From: an uncultured Chromatiales bacterium
GTDB lineage: Bacteria > Bacteroidota > Ignavibacteria > SZUA-365
Reading direction: 5' to 3'
NCBI GenBank assembly: GCA_964388275.1
Contig: CAYLZD010000003.1
Location: 52,638-116,637 of the forward strand
Length of the DNA stretch: 64,000 nucleotides
Shown here one piece after another: positions 10,130-19,814 of the stretch. Position numbers and translations under genes: made by a program. Below the pieces are notes generated by a model. That model was not told the origin of the DNA. It saw only the letters and a list, made by a program, of their open reading frames with translations, and did not search any database. Positions within the stretch are counted from its first letter, which is position 1; each line of letters starts with the position of its first letter.

Positions 10130-11131
10130 TCACTGCGGCGCATCGCGTCCCTCCTCATGCCAGCGCTCGTAAGCTGCAATAATATCCTTCACGAGTTTAT
10201 GGCGAACGACATCGCCCTTGTCGAGATACACGAAAGAGACGCCCTCAACGCCCTTCAGGACATCCTGTATCTCAACCAGCCCGGAAACGGTCCGGCTCGG
10301 CAGGTCTATCTGCGTGATGTCGCCCGTGACGATCGCCCGGGAGTTTCCACCCATTCTCGTCAGGAACATCTTCATCTGCATTCCGGTGGCGTTCTGGGCT
10401 TCGTCCAGGATTATGAACGCGTTGTTCAACGTGCGGCCTCTCATGTAGGCCAGAGGGACTATCTCGATAGTCCGGCGCTCGAGAGACGTCTTGAGTTTGT
10501 CGGCCGGTAGCATGTCGTCCAGCGCGTCATAAAGCGGTCTGAGATAGGGATCCACCTTTTCCCTCAAATCCCCCGGAAGGAATCCGAGGCTCTCCCCTGC
10601 CTCCACAGCCGGCCTCGCCAGGACGATTTTTCCCACTTCGTGACGGCGCAGTGCCGCCACGGCCGATGCAACCGCCAAATAGGTTTTGCCTGTGCCGGCG
10701 GGACCGATCGCGAAAACGATGTCGTTGGTCCTAACCGCTTTCATGTATCCGATCTGCCCGGCGGTCCTGGCCTTGATGTAGTCCTGTTTGGCATAAAGGA
10801 CCACATTATCCACATCTTCGGGCTGGATCTCCAGGGCGCTGCCGTTGGCTATGATGTCCATAACAGTCAGGACGTCGCGCTCGGTGAGCCGGTCCGTTTT
10901 GTTTACGACGAACATCAGTTCCTTCAGGATTTTTTCCGCATTGTCCACTGAAACTTCGTCGCCCCGGAGCAGCGCCGTTTCGCCCCTGGCTGTGATGCGA
11001 ACATCCAGCCTCTGTTCTATCAAGCGGAGATGCGCATCGTTGACGCCGAAAAGAAGCTGCGGATTGTTCGAGGTAAGTTTGACTCGTCGCTCTATTATTT
11101 CCACTGTGTCGCCGATTTGCCCGGGTGTCAA
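10130..11131 (-). CDS. phoH: PhoH-family ATPase (phosphate starvation-inducible protein PhoH-like)
   Basis: Walker A GPAGTGKTYLA and the conserved PhoH core (RPAVEAGESLGFLPGDLREKVDPYLRPLYDAL). The start codon is uncertain; the longest ORF begins with TTG. Confidence 0.8.
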   Translation of the reverse strand: MTPGQIGDTVEIIERRVKLTSNNPQLLFGVNDAHLRLIEQRLDVRITARGETALLRGDEVSVDNAEKILKELMFVVNKTDRLTERDVLTVMDIIANGSALEIQPEDVDNVVLYAKQDYIKARTAGQIGYMKAVRTNDIVFAIGPAGTGKTYLAVASAVAALRRHEVGKIVLARPAVEAGESLGFLPGDLREKVDPYLRPLYDALDDMLPADKLKTSLERRTIEIVPLAYMRGRTLNNAFIILDEAQNATGMQMKMFLTRMGGNSRAIVTGDITQIDLPSRTVSGLVEIQDVLKGVEGVSFVYLDKGDVVRHKLVKDIIAAYERWHEEGRDAPQ

Positions 11132-11140
11132 TTAAGGGTA

Positions 11141-11180
11141 GAAAAAACCCTTACATTCCACGAATGTAAGGGTTTTTTCG
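11141..11180 (-). terminator. intrinsic terminator downstream of the LysM gene; two mutually exclusive hairpins sharing CCCTT
   Basis: cccttacatt-ccacg-aatgtaaggg is a perfect 10-bp stem, flanked by A6 on one side and T6 on the other. On the minus strand it is followed by UUUUUUC. An overlapping alternative hairpin is aaggg-N9-ccctt. Confidence 0.55.
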
Positions 11181-11218
11181 AAATTCGTTCAACAGGACGC
11201 GGGATCGCCGCTTGCGGC

Positions 11219-12019
11219 CTATTTGTTGACGTTTTCAGGCGCTTTTTTCTCGTCGGTCATCCCGCCTGTCGCGGCCGCGGCTTCGCGTTTCTGCCTGTAA
11301 TACTTGCGCGCGGCGCTTTCCTCTTCAGGGGTCAGCGGCGCAGGCGCCGGAATTTTCAGAACCTGTCCGGGGTAGATGAGATCCGGGTTCCTGATCTGAT
11401 CCCTGTTCTTCTGCCAGATTTTCGGCCAGCGGAAAGCATCTCCATAGATATCCGGCTTCTTTGCAATGTTCCAGAGACAGTCGCGGTCCTTGGACCAAGT
11501 GCCGACGGTGTAAGTTTTCTCAGCTCTGGAGAGCGTGTCGCGCAGCACCTTGATGTTCTCTCCGATGCGCTGCACTCTGTCGTAGAATGCAGGAAGGAGG
11601 CTGATCTTGTTTCCTGCGAGAGCCGAGTATTCGCGCTCCGCTTCGTCGACTTCCGATTTGCGCGCGAGAAGATCCATGGGTGAAAGCCGCAGAAGTTCGT
11701 TGATGTTGTTTTCCAGCCTGCGGAGCCTGGCTTCGTAGGCTTCCACGTCGGCTCTTGTTGCGCCGACCAGCGCGTAGAGTTCGTCGATGCAGCGCTCGTG
11801 ATCGGACTGTTTCTGTGCGAGCAATCTGTTTTTCTCGGCGAGCTGTGCATCGAGGGTGGATTCCTGTCTTTTGAGTTCGCCCGCTCGCTGTTCGAGTTGA
11901 CGGATTTTCTCGACGGCCTGCTCCTCCGTCATCCGATCGTCCTGCGCGAAGGCGTTCGGAGCGCATGCAATAAGCAAAGCGCCCAATATTATAGCGGCGA
12001 ATGCGATGTGTCGTGTCAT
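11219..12019 (-). CDS. secreted coiled-coil protein with C-terminal LysM peptidoglycan-binding domain
   Basis: Start ATG 12019 has a SD GAGGAG 8 nt upstream. Signal peptide MTRHIAFAAIILGALLIACAPNAFA, then a long coiled coil (KIRQLEQRAGELKRQ...). The C-terminal LysM is TYTVGTWSKDRDCLWNIA...NPDLIYPGQVLKIP. The track ORF 11219..12259 is an upstream overextension. Confidence 0.65.
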   Translation of the reverse strand: MTRHIAFAAIILGALLIACAPNAFAQDDRMTEEQAVEKIRQLEQRAGELKRQESTLDAQLAEKNRLLAQKQSDHERCIDELYALVGATRADVEAYEARLRRLENNINELLRLSPMDLLARKSEVDEAEREYSALAGNKISLLPAFYDRVQRIGENIKVLRDTLSRAEKTYTVGTWSKDRDCLWNIAKKPDIYGDAFRWPKIWQKNRDQIRNPDLIYPGQVLKIPAPAPLTPEEESAARKYYRQKREAAAATGGMTDEKKAPENVNK

Positions 12020-12062
12020 GATATGTTCTCCTCGGATTGGTTTAGCCGTTCCGTGTTTCCGC

Positions 12063-12344
12063 TCAATTGCCTTTCCAGTTCGAAAGACGCTGTTTGACCA
12101 GCTCCTTGTCTTTCGCGCACTGGTCCAGCTTGGCTTCCGTCGCGGAAATCTGACGGTCGACGGAACCGATCTGGGACTGTTTGTTCTGGATTGACGATTC
12201 GAGCGAACTGATTTCGCGCTCGAGCTGCCGGATTCTATCCAGTTGCTCCTGGGTGGCATATGAAGTGCAACCCGACAACATGATGCCTCCGGCGAACGCG
12301 GCGATCGCCAGCAACAGTACCACTTGGCTGCGGAGTTTCTTCAT
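12063..12344 (-). CDS. small coiled-coil lipoprotein (Lpp/Braun-lipoprotein-like architecture)
   Basis: 93 aa with a SD AAGGAG 7 nt before the ATG. Signal peptide plus lipobox (LSGC), then a heptad coiled coil (RIRQLEREISSLESSIQNKQSQI), with a Lys near the C-terminus. Confidence 0.6.
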   Translation of the reverse strand: MKKLRSQVVLLLAIAAFAGGIMLSGCTSYATQEQLDRIRQLEREISSLESSIQNKQSQIGSVDRQISATEAKLDQCAKDKELVKQRLSNWKGN

Positions 12345-12489
12345 TTTGTTTCTCCTTGAAAGTGGTCAATTAAAGTAGAAGATGAGATTCGTCATATAAA
12401 TCAAATCAGTTCAATTATAAGAAGATTCCGACGGATAGTCAAGAAAAATCGGATAACTTAAAAAAAACAACGATTCAAAACCTTGAGTT

Positions 12490-13479
12490 TCATTCAGAAT
12501 GGCCGTTTTCTTCGTGATATCTAATGCTCGCAAGCAAATCATCCACTTCGGCATGACTTTCGGTTTTCATCAGTGCCATCCTGTAGTGCTTTCCGTTCTT
12601 TATCGAATGGAAATAGCCGCTGTAATGCTTGCGCATCTCCAGAACAGCCCGGCGCTCTCCCTTGTATTGGACCGCGAGACGCAGATGTCGCATGGCGGTG
12701 GCGATTCTTTCTCCGATATCCGGCGGAGGCGGCAGGACTCCAGTATCGAGCAATTGGCGGGCTTCCCTGAAAATCCAGGGAGCTGCGATCGCGCCGCGGG
12801 CGATCATGACGGCATCGCATCCGGTCTCGTCGAACGCTCTCTTCGCGTCGGCCGCGTTCAGCACGTCGCCGTTGAGTATGACCGGAATGCTCACCGCCTT
12901 TTTCACCCGGGGTATCCAGCTCCAATCCGCCGCACCCGAGTGCCCCTGGTCGCGTGTACGGCAATGCACGGTCAGCGCTCTGATCCCGGCATCCTCCAGC
13001 ATTTGCGCTATCTCGACGATTTTTATGCTCCCGGAGTCCCAGCCGAGACGTGTTTTTAGCGTAACCGGTATCCGAATGCGCTTGACTATCGCGCTTGCCA
13101 TGCTCGCCAACCGCGCCGGCTCTCTCAACAGCCCCGCACCGGCGCCGCGCATGGCGATGTCTTTCACCCAGCAACCGGCGTTGATGTCCAGCAGCTCGGG
13201 TCCGGCTTCTTCGGCGAGGACCGCCGCCGCCAGCATCGTTCCGAGATCGCCGCCGTATATCTGAACGCCGACAGGACGCTCGTCCGGGTGCAGGCGCAAT
13301 TTCAAGCGCGCCTTCGTCGGTTTGTTGCTGCGGACCAGTCCGTCGGCATTCACGAACTCGGTGTACACCATGTCCGCCCCGAAGCTCTTGCATATCAGAC
13401 GGAACGAAATATCCGTCACGTCTTCCATCGGGGCCAGGAACAGGCCTCCTTGCACGCCGAGCTGTTCAAACAGTTGCAT
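12490..13479 (-). CDS. dusB: tRNA-dihydrouridine synthase
   Basis: 329 aa. PMEDVTD, TEFV and GVQIYG motifs plus the catalytic Cys region (INAGCW); TIM-barrel Dus family. Confidence 0.85.
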   Translation of the reverse strand: MQLFEQLGVQGGLFLAPMEDVTDISFRLICKSFGADMVYTEFVNADGLVRSNKPTKARLKLRLHPDERPVGVQIYGGDLGTMLAAAVLAEEAGPELLDINAGCWVKDIAMRGAGAGLLREPARLASMASAIVKRIRIPVTLKTRLGWDSGSIKIVEIAQMLEDAGIRALTVHCRTRDQGHSGAADWSWIPRVKKAVSIPVILNGDVLNAADAKRAFDETGCDAVMIARGAIAAPWIFREARQLLDTGVLPPPPDIGERIATAMRHLRLAVQYKGERRAVLEMRKHYSGYFHSIKNGKHYRMALMKTESHAEVDDLLASIRYHEENGHSE

Positions 13480-14629
13480 GCGCCTGTCTTCCGCACGCTA
13501 CGCGTTCGTATATCGCCGCGGTTTTCAGTGCTGTGTTCTTCCATGAGAACCTCCCGGCTTGCGCGGCGCCGAGCTTCGAGAGCCGCGCTCTGAGCTCGTG
13601 ATCGCTGAAGAGTCGGGTCAGGGTTTCGGCGAACACGCTCTGGTCCTCCGGATCGATCATAAGGGCCGCCTCGCCGGCCACCTCGGGCAGGGACGCCCTG
13701 TTCGAACACAACACTGGAGTCCCGTGCGTCATCGCATCCAGAACGGGGAATCCGAAGCCCTCGTACAGGGAGGGCAACACGAGCGCCAGAGCGTGCGTGT
13801 AGAGCGCGGAGAGCTCGGTTTCGTCCACGTACCCGGTCAGATGCACTCTCCCCCGGGCGCCCGAAGCGCTCATGCGCTCGGATAACTCGTAGCGCGGATC
13901 GGGATTTCCCGTGATGACAAGGTCGGGAAACGCCTCCCCCGACTGCAGCGCGGCCCGGGAGTAGGCGTCCAACAGCAATGAAAGGCCCTTGTACGGCTCC
14001 ATCCTGCCCACGAACAGGAAGTAACCCGACGCTTTGAAAAGATCCGAGAATCGCGGTGGAAATCCGAGTTCCGACTTCCGCAAAGACGCCGCAAGAGGCG
14101 CCACATCCACCCGCGCGGCGTCGATGCGCGCCAGACGCTGCATTTCCATTCTGCTGAACTCCGAATCCGTGATCACGGCAGCCGCGTGTCGGACTGAAAG
14201 CCGCAGAGCCGCGCGGAACATTCCCGGCAGCATGGTCTTCTTCGACCGGGCCAGCAGCCTCGGGTACGCGAGCGGTACCACGTCATGAATAGTGATGACC
14301 ACAGGCGTCGAACGCATAAACAAAGGGGCCAGGAAATCCGGAGTGTGAAAAACGTCGTACGACCCGCCGCCTACCAATCGAGGGATTTCGAGTTGATGAG
14401 ACGGCGAGTACAACGAGCCCTCCGCCACTCCGGACACGGCCCGTTCCACGTCTTCGGGTTCTCGCGCCTCCGAAACCTTCGAGCCCGCGTATATGTGCAG
14501 TCTCACCGCGTCCGGACAGTGCGCCAGCAGCGCCTCGCACAACCGAATCGAATAACCGCCGATGCCGGAACGCCGCGGCGTGATGGCGTGCCCGTCGAAA
14601 ACGACCCGCAGGCGCCCGTCAATCATCAC
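13466..14629 (-). CDS. glycosyltransferase family 4 (GT-B fold)
   Basis: 387 aa with the C-terminal GT4 signature [20 protein letters not shown]. It overlaps both the wecB stop and the dus start. Confidence 0.8.
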   Translation of the reverse strand: MMIDGRLRVVFDGHAITPRRSGIGGYSIRLCEALLAHCPDAVRLHIYAGSKVSEAREPEDVERAVSGVAEGSLYSPSHQLEIPRLVGGGSYDVFHTPDFLAPLFMRSTPVVITIHDVVPLAYPRLLARSKKTMLPGMFRAALRLSVRHAAAVITDSEFSRMEMQRLARIDAARVDVAPLAASLRKSELGFPPRFSDLFKASGYFLFVGRMEPYKGLSLLLDAYSRAALQSGEAFPDLVITGNPDPRYELSERMSASGARGRVHLTGYVDETELSALYTHALALVLPSLYEGFGFPVLDAMTHGTPVLCSNRASLPEVAGEAALMIDPEDQSVFAETLTRLFSDHELRARLSKLGAAQAGRFSWKNTALKTAAIYERVACGRQAHATV

Positions 14630-15782
14630 CGATATTACGGATCAGTATGTCGGCTATCCTTTCGGACGCCCTGCCGTCGCCGTACGGATTGCCGGCGTCG
14701 GTCATCCGGGCTCTCGCCTCCTCGTTATCGAGAAGTTCCGAAACGGCCGTTGTGATTCGTTCCCTGTCCGTGCCGACAAGGCGCGATACGCCCGCGGCGA
14801 TGCCCTCGGGACGCTCGGTGACATCTCTCATCACGAGCACCGGCTTCTTCAAGGAAGGCCCTTCCTCCTGTATGCCGCCGGAATCCGTCAGGAGGAGCAC
14901 GCTTCGCTCCATCAACAGCAGCAGTTGCTCGTATCTGACCGGATCGATCAAGTGTATTCTCGGGAATCCGGCAAGGAAGCGTCGGACCGTTTCCCGGACG
15001 TTCGGATTGGGATGCACCGGATAAACGATATGCGCGTCCGGATACCGCCGGATGATGTCGGTCATGGCAAGACACATGCGCTCGAAAGGCGCCCCGAAGC
15101 TTTCGCGCCTGTGCGCCGTGACGGTGATAGCCCGGAGCGATCCTTCGAGCAGACCTTCCGAGAAAGCTTCCGGCAAACCGGCATCCGTCAGCAAAGCCAG
15201 CCGTTCTGCCCCGCCCATCCGGCCCAGTATCTTCAATCCCAGGTACAATGCGTCAACCACCGTGTTTCCGGTGACGAACACCTTGCTTCCATCATGGCCT
15301 TCCCTGCGCAGGTTCCCGGCCGCGGTCTCCGTGGGCGCGAAGTGATAATCCGTCAGGACGGAACACAGGGCTCGGTTCATCTCTTCGGGAAACGGGCTGA
15401 ATTTGTCGAACGACCTCAACCCCGCTTCCACATGGGCCACAGTGACACGGCTGTAATATGCCGCGAGGGCCGATGCGAAAACGGTGGTCGTGTCGCCCTG
15501 CACGAGCAGCACGTCGGGCTTGACGTCCTCCAGCACGGTCTTGAGTTTCGTCAGCACGGCCGTTGTGACGTACTCGAGGGACTGGTTGCGCATCATCACG
15601 TCCAGGTCGACATCCTCGCGTATCCCGAAAAACGAGGTGACCTGGCGCAGCATTTCCCTGTGCTGCGAAGTCAGGCACACCGTTACACGAAAATCGTCGG
15701 GCGCGCTCAGGAAACGCTTTATTACGGGCGCTAATTTTATGGCTTCAGGTCGGGTGCCGAAAACGAACAGGGCGTGAACCAT
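14619..15782 (-). CDS. wecB: UDP-N-acetylglucosamine 2-epimerase (non-hydrolysing)
   Basis: 387 aa. VFGTRPEAIKLAPV, HVEAGLRSF, TGNTVVDAL and DSGGIQEE motifs. Confidence 0.85.
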   Translation of the reverse strand: MVHALFVFGTRPEAIKLAPVIKRFLSAPDDFRVTVCLTSQHREMLRQVTSFFGIREDVDLDVMMRNQSLEYVTTAVLTKLKTVLEDVKPDVLLVQGDTTTVFASALAAYYSRVTVAHVEAGLRSFDKFSPFPEEMNRALCSVLTDYHFAPTETAAGNLRREGHDGSKVFVTGNTVVDALYLGLKILGRMGGAERLALLTDAGLPEAFSEGLLEGSLRAITVTAHRRESFGAPFERMCLAMTDIIRRYPDAHIVYPVHPNPNVRETVRRFLAGFPRIHLIDPVRYEQLLLLMERSVLLLTDSGGIQEEGPSLKKPVLVMRDVTERPEGIAAGVSRLVGTDRERITTAVSELLDNEEARARMTDAGNPYGDGRASERIADILIRNIGDD

Positions 15783-15843
15783 GATGTTGTGTTATGCGAT
15801 GATTGATGCGCGGTCACCGGATCGACGGCGCTTTGCCGTCCGG

Positions 15844-16803
15844 TCAATATAGGCGTCCAGCCGGGGAATCCGAATCGGCGCGGAGCAGCTCGCCTATCCG
15901 GAAGCGGAGTTCGTCGATTTCCTTTTCAATGTTGCCGCGCAAGGACTCCGCGGAATACCGGTGCTGCCACTTGCGAAACGCCAGTCGAGTGGCAAGGCTC
16001 GCGTAAATACGGCGATCGATGGATGGAGGCAGCCAGCCGAGAATCTTGCGCCTGCTGCTGTATGGAAGATATTGCACGTGAATCTGCGGTATGAGTCCCC
16101 TTTCGGCTTCTCCCAGGAGTTCGTGCAGAATTATTCGATTCTCCATGACGAGGGAAATCTGCATCACTACCAATATCACCAGCAGACCGGCGCCGATGAA
16201 CAAGCCCTCCATCATCGAGAGTCCGGCGCCGGCCTGTGTGGTCCAGTAATTCCATGCCATGTGTATTCCCACGGCCGCCGAGATACCGGCCGCAAGCAGG
16301 GGCGCCCGTGCCGGGCGGTAGCGGTATTTGGACAATCCGACAGCCATGCCGAATACGCCAGTTGCCATGGCGTGCATCACGGCGGTGTACAGGGTACGCA
16401 ACATCACCCGCTGCACCCATTCGTCCGCGGATCTCGCGGTGAGGAAATAAAGGAAGTTCTCCGTCATGCCGAAACCCAGGCCAATAGCCATCCCATAGAC
16501 GACGCCGTCGGTGATATTGTCGAATCGCTTGTCCCTCGCAGTCCAGATCAGAAATAGCCCCTTGGCGACTTCCTCTATGGCGGGCGCTATGTAGACCGTC
16601 CTTTCGAAAGCTTCGGCTGCAAACAGTTCCGCCGTGTATCGGCTCGCGAATATGCCGAATATCACGGCTCCGACTGCGCCCCAGATGAAATTCAGGAGAA
16701 GGAGTCCAACCGGCTCGCGGTCGTAACGGTCAAGCGACCATACCGCCCAGAGATAGAGCAGTATCGGGACTATGGCGAAAATCAGCGATGCGACTGCCTG
16801 CAT
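15844..16803 (-). CDS. PrsW-family intramembrane metalloprotease (with long cytoplasmic C-terminal tail)
   Basis: 319 aa. PrsW motifs EExxK (IEEVAKG), FxxxE (GFGMTENFLY) and HxxxN (HMAWN) in a polytopic TM core. Confidence 0.7.
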   Translation of the reverse strand: MQAVASLIFAIVPILLYLWAVWSLDRYDREPVGLLLLNFIWGAVGAVIFGIFASRYTAELFAAEAFERTVYIAPAIEEVAKGLFLIWTARDKRFDNITDGVVYGMAIGLGFGMTENFLYFLTARSADEWVQRVMLRTLYTAVMHAMATGVFGMAVGLSKYRYRPARAPLLAAGISAAVGIHMAWNYWTTQAGAGLSMMEGLFIGAGLLVILVVMQISLVMENRIILHELLGEAERGLIPQIHVQYLPYSSRRKILGWLPPSIDRRIYASLATRLAFRKWQHRYSAESLRGNIEKEIDELRFRIGELLRADSDSPAGRLY

Positions 16804-16868
16804 GACAGATATGGACCGGATTTTCCGTTATTCAGTCGGGATGGACTCATGCCGGACAGTTGCTTCCG

Positions 16869-17828
16869 TTACGCGCCCGCGCTGTCACCTTGCGGCGCCG
16901 CGGAATTCAACAGCGCGGCGACTTTCATCCTCAGTTCGTCGATTTCGGCGTCCCAAAGCGCGCGTCGGCTTCCTTCGAGACATCTGGCCTGTGATTTCCT
17001 GAATGCCAGTCGGGTCACTGTTTTCAGGTACATCTTGCGATCGACCTCCATCGGCAGCCATCCGCGTATTCCGCGCCTCCCCGTGAACGGGATGAAATTG
17101 ATGTGAGCATCAGGGATCAGTCCCGAATCCGCCTCCTCCTGAAGTTCCTTGCGCAGCATCCTGCTCTCGAAACCGAGGGAGATCTGCATTACCGCGAGTA
17201 TGACGACGACGCTGAGAGCGATGAAGAGCAGGCCGAGTCCGGCCGCCGCCGGATCATCGGCGCTCACGGCGAAATTCCAGAAAGAGTGCATCCCGACGGC
17301 GAGCGCCAGACCCAGAAGCAGGAGGGGAAACCGCGAAGCGCGGGCCCGGAACTTCACCCATCCGGCGAAAGCGCCGACAATACCAGTGGCCATCGCGTGC
17401 ATGACCGCCGAGAAAAGCGTCCGTACCACAACCACGACCAGCCATTCTCCCATCGTGGAAGCGGAGAGGAAGTAGAGGAAATTTTCGGTCATTCCGAATC
17501 CGAGACCGACGGCCATTCCGTAGACAAGACCGTCGGTGACATTGTCGAAGTGCCTGCTCCGAACTGTGTAAATGAGGAACAACGCCTTGGCGGGCTCTTC
17601 CACGACCGGCGCAAGTATGACGGCATCCAGGAATTCGCCCATATCCAGAGCGATAGATCCGACGATGCTGGCGATGACGGCAAGTATGACGGCGCCGAAT
17701 CCGCCCCAGAGAAAATTGGCGGCCAGCAATCCGACCGGCTCGCGGTCGTAGCGGTCCATAAGCCAGATCAACCAGAGATAGGCGACCATCGGTAATACTG
17801 CGAAAAGAAGTGACAGTAATGCGAGCAT
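16869..17828 (-). CDS. PrsW-family intramembrane metalloprotease, tandem paralog
   Basis: 319 aa, about 55-60% identical by eye to the upstream gene (DRYDREPVGLL, VEEPAKALFL, GFGMTENFLYFLSA, HSFWN). Confidence 0.7.
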   Translation of the reverse strand: MLALLSLLFAVLPMVAYLWLIWLMDRYDREPVGLLAANFLWGGFGAVILAVIASIVGSIALDMGEFLDAVILAPVVEEPAKALFLIYTVRSRHFDNVTDGLVYGMAVGLGFGMTENFLYFLSASTMGEWLVVVVVRTLFSAVMHAMATGIVGAFAGWVKFRARASRFPLLLLGLALAVGMHSFWNFAVSADDPAAAGLGLLFIALSVVVILAVMQISLGFESRMLRKELQEEADSGLIPDAHINFIPFTGRRGIRGWLPMEVDRKMYLKTVTRLAFRKSQARCLEGSRRALWDAEIDELRMKVAALLNSAAPQGDSAGA

Positions 17829-17930
17829 CGAAGTCCGTCGTCGGTTTTTTGAGCGCCTGTGGTAAAAATATAAGCAAACCTGTCCGGATTCGGGAAACCG
17901 CCTGGCAACGGTACCGTCGCCCCGGGCATT

Positions 17931-19280
17931 TCAGGCCTGTGCGTCCTCCAGCGGGGTGAAGCGGGCGCGGATGATGCGGCGTCCGTCCACATCCAGAATA
18001 TCGATGCGGAATCCGTGCCAGTCGGTTCCGTCTGCCTTCTCCGGTATCCTGCCCATCAGGCTTGTAATGAAACCCCCGATTGTGTCGTACTCGCCGCTTT
18101 CAGGAATTGTTATGGGAAACAGCGAATTGAAATCGGAAATCGTCAGGCGACCCTCGACCTCGACGACGCCCCCCGGAAACATGTCCCAATATCGCGCGTC
18201 TTCGTCGTATTCGTCATGAATGTCACCCACGATTTCTTCGAGAATGTCTTCCAGTGTGATCAGTCCCTCGGTGCCGCCGAATTCATCCACCACCACGGCA
18301 AGGTGTATGCGTTTCCGCTGGAATTCCCTCAACAGATCTGATATCGGCTTGGTGTCGGGTACCACGAAGGGCGGACGGATGATGTCGTCGAGTATGATCA
18401 GGTCCTTGTGCTCAATAAGACTGACTACATCCTTGGCATAGATCACACCGACGATATTGTCGAGGGATCCCTTGTAAACCGGCATCCGCGTGTAACCGTC
18501 GAGCACGACTTGCTCGAGAATCGCCTCGGGCGCGTTATCGTATTCGACCGCGGTTATTTCCTTTCGCGGGATCATGATTTCGCGTGCGGTCTTGTCGGTA
18601 AAACGGAAAATGCTCTCGATCAGCTCATGTTCCGTCTTGTCGACCAGTCCCGAACGAGTGCTCTCCTCAATTATGTCCATCAGTTCTTCTTCGGACATGA
18701 CCGCGTCCGCGAATTGAGCCGATATTCCGATGGGCCTCAGAATGAGATTGGCGATGGAAGTGATGGCTCTTGCCGGCAGCGTTTGAATGCGCGAGAGCAA
18801 CAGGAGAAAACCGGCTGTCTTGAGAACCAGATGCTCGGCGCGATGTGTGCCGACAGCTCTGGCCGCAAGCGAGACAAGCGCCACGAACACGACACCGACG
18901 GAAAGGGAAGTCAAGATGACGACGATTGTTCTGTTGGCGGCCGGCGCCCACGTGATCGGGCCGTTTTCGGGGACGAAGGCGAGATTCAGGGAAAAGTAAT
19001 GAGCCGTGATGACCGACACCGCTATCAGTATCAACATAGAGGATATGTGTGCCGCGCCGCGCACACGCTCGATACGCGATTTCAGGTCGAGACAAATTTC
19101 GGCCCGCCGGGAGTTGTTTTCGGCGAGTTCCTCCAGGCGCACACGCGCAACCGTCTCCAGCGCATGGAGGGAGGCTTCCGCGGCCATTGCCGCGAGCAAA
19201 CCTGCCAGGACTATCGCAGCGTCAATAATCGGATCGCCGATCACGGGTACATTCCCGATTGGTCGGCCCCCCCGCGACAA
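17931..19280 (-). CDS. CNNM/HlyC/CorC-family transporter (DUF21 TM domain + tandem CBS + CorC_HlyC domain)
   Basis: 449 aa. N-terminal TM region, CBS pair (IMIPRKEI...VYKGSLDNIVGVIYAKDV) and a C-terminal transporter-associated domain. The 5' end contains a G7 tract, so the exact start is uncertain. Confidence 0.8.
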   Translation of the reverse strand: MSRGGRPIGNVPVIGDPIIDAAIVLAGLLAAMAAEASLHALETVARVRLEELAENNSRRAEICLDLKSRIERVRGAAHISSMLILIAVSVITAHYFSLNLAFVPENGPITWAPAANRTIVVILTSLSVGVVFVALVSLAARAVGTHRAEHLVLKTAGFLLLLSRIQTLPARAITSIANLILRPIGISAQFADAVMSEEELMDIIEESTRSGLVDKTEHELIESIFRFTDKTAREIMIPRKEITAVEYDNAPEAILEQVVLDGYTRMPVYKGSLDNIVGVIYAKDVVSLIEHKDLIILDDIIRPPFVVPDTKPISDLLREFQRKRIHLAVVVDEFGGTEGLITLEDILEEIVGDIHDEYDEDARYWDMFPGGVVEVEGRLTISDFNSLFPITIPESGEYDTIGGFITSLMGRIPEKADGTDWHGFRIDILDVDGRRIIRARFTPLEDAQA

Positions 19281-19308
19281 TTCCCCGGCGCGGGGAGGAG
19301 GCCGGCTG

Positions 19309-19569
19309 TCAGGAGGCGCCGAGGCTCTGTACGAGCTTTGCGAGTCTGGACTTCCTGTTGGCCGCCGTGTTCTTGTGTATCACGCCTTTCAAGGCGATGC
19401 GATCGAGAAATGACGCAACCTTCCTGTAAGCTTCTCCGGCTTGTCCCGGATCCTTCGTCTCGCGCAATTCCTTGATGAGATTCTTCATTCGCGTCTTGTA
19501 CATCCGATTCCGCGCCCGCTTTCGGGAAGCGGTGCGAACGCGTTTCTCAGCTGACTTATGTTGTGGCAT
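19309..19569 (-). CDS. rpsT: 30S ribosomal protein S20
   Basis: 86 aa, MPQHKSAEKRVRTASRKRARNRMYKTRMKNLIKE...AANRKSRLAKLVQSLGAS, typical of S20. The track ORF 19309..20043 is an arginine-rich upstream overextension. Confidence 0.85.
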   Translation of the reverse strand: MPQHKSAEKRVRTASRKRARNRMYKTRMKNLIKELRETKDPGQAGEAYRKVASFLDRIALKGVIHKNTAANRKSRLAKLVQSLGAS

Positions 19570-19814
19570 ACAACTCCTGTATGAAAGAAAACAAACACTA
19601 ATATACGTACGCGACATAATTTCCGCAATCATGCCGGATGCACCGGCTGCGCCACAGGCCCGGATAATTCCTCCGGCCGCCGAATGAGGAAATCGGAAGC
19701 ATGCACCATTTATCCGCGTTATTTCATCGACGCCGATTTTTGCAGTGCGAACCGGCTTTGGTAGATTGCCGCAGGCATTGTTGGAAATGAATCCTGTCAA
19801 CCAAGCAGACTGAT

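Noticed and set aside
9940-10179. 79-aa minus ORF in the prfB-phoH spacer
   Set aside because: It overlaps the phoH 3' end and the prfB promoter/RBS region, is Arg-rich, and has no start context. The region is better explained as intergenic, with a GC hairpin and the prfB SD (GAGAGGA).
12539-13393. Many other long arginine-rich ORFs on the strand opposite real genes (e.g. 12539..13393-, 14562..15734+, 18408..19475+, 21798..22661-, 27836..28972+, 28377..29300-, 32497..34278-, 35883..37382+, 45736..46662+, 47991..48956+, 50567..51334-, 53023..54093+, 55606..56670-, 56763..57548-, 58147..59091-, 62832..63506+)
   Set aside because: Typical antisense or out-of-frame ORFs of a ~62% GC genome. Each overlaps a gene with strong family motifs, and their translations are R/G/P/A-rich without conserved domains.
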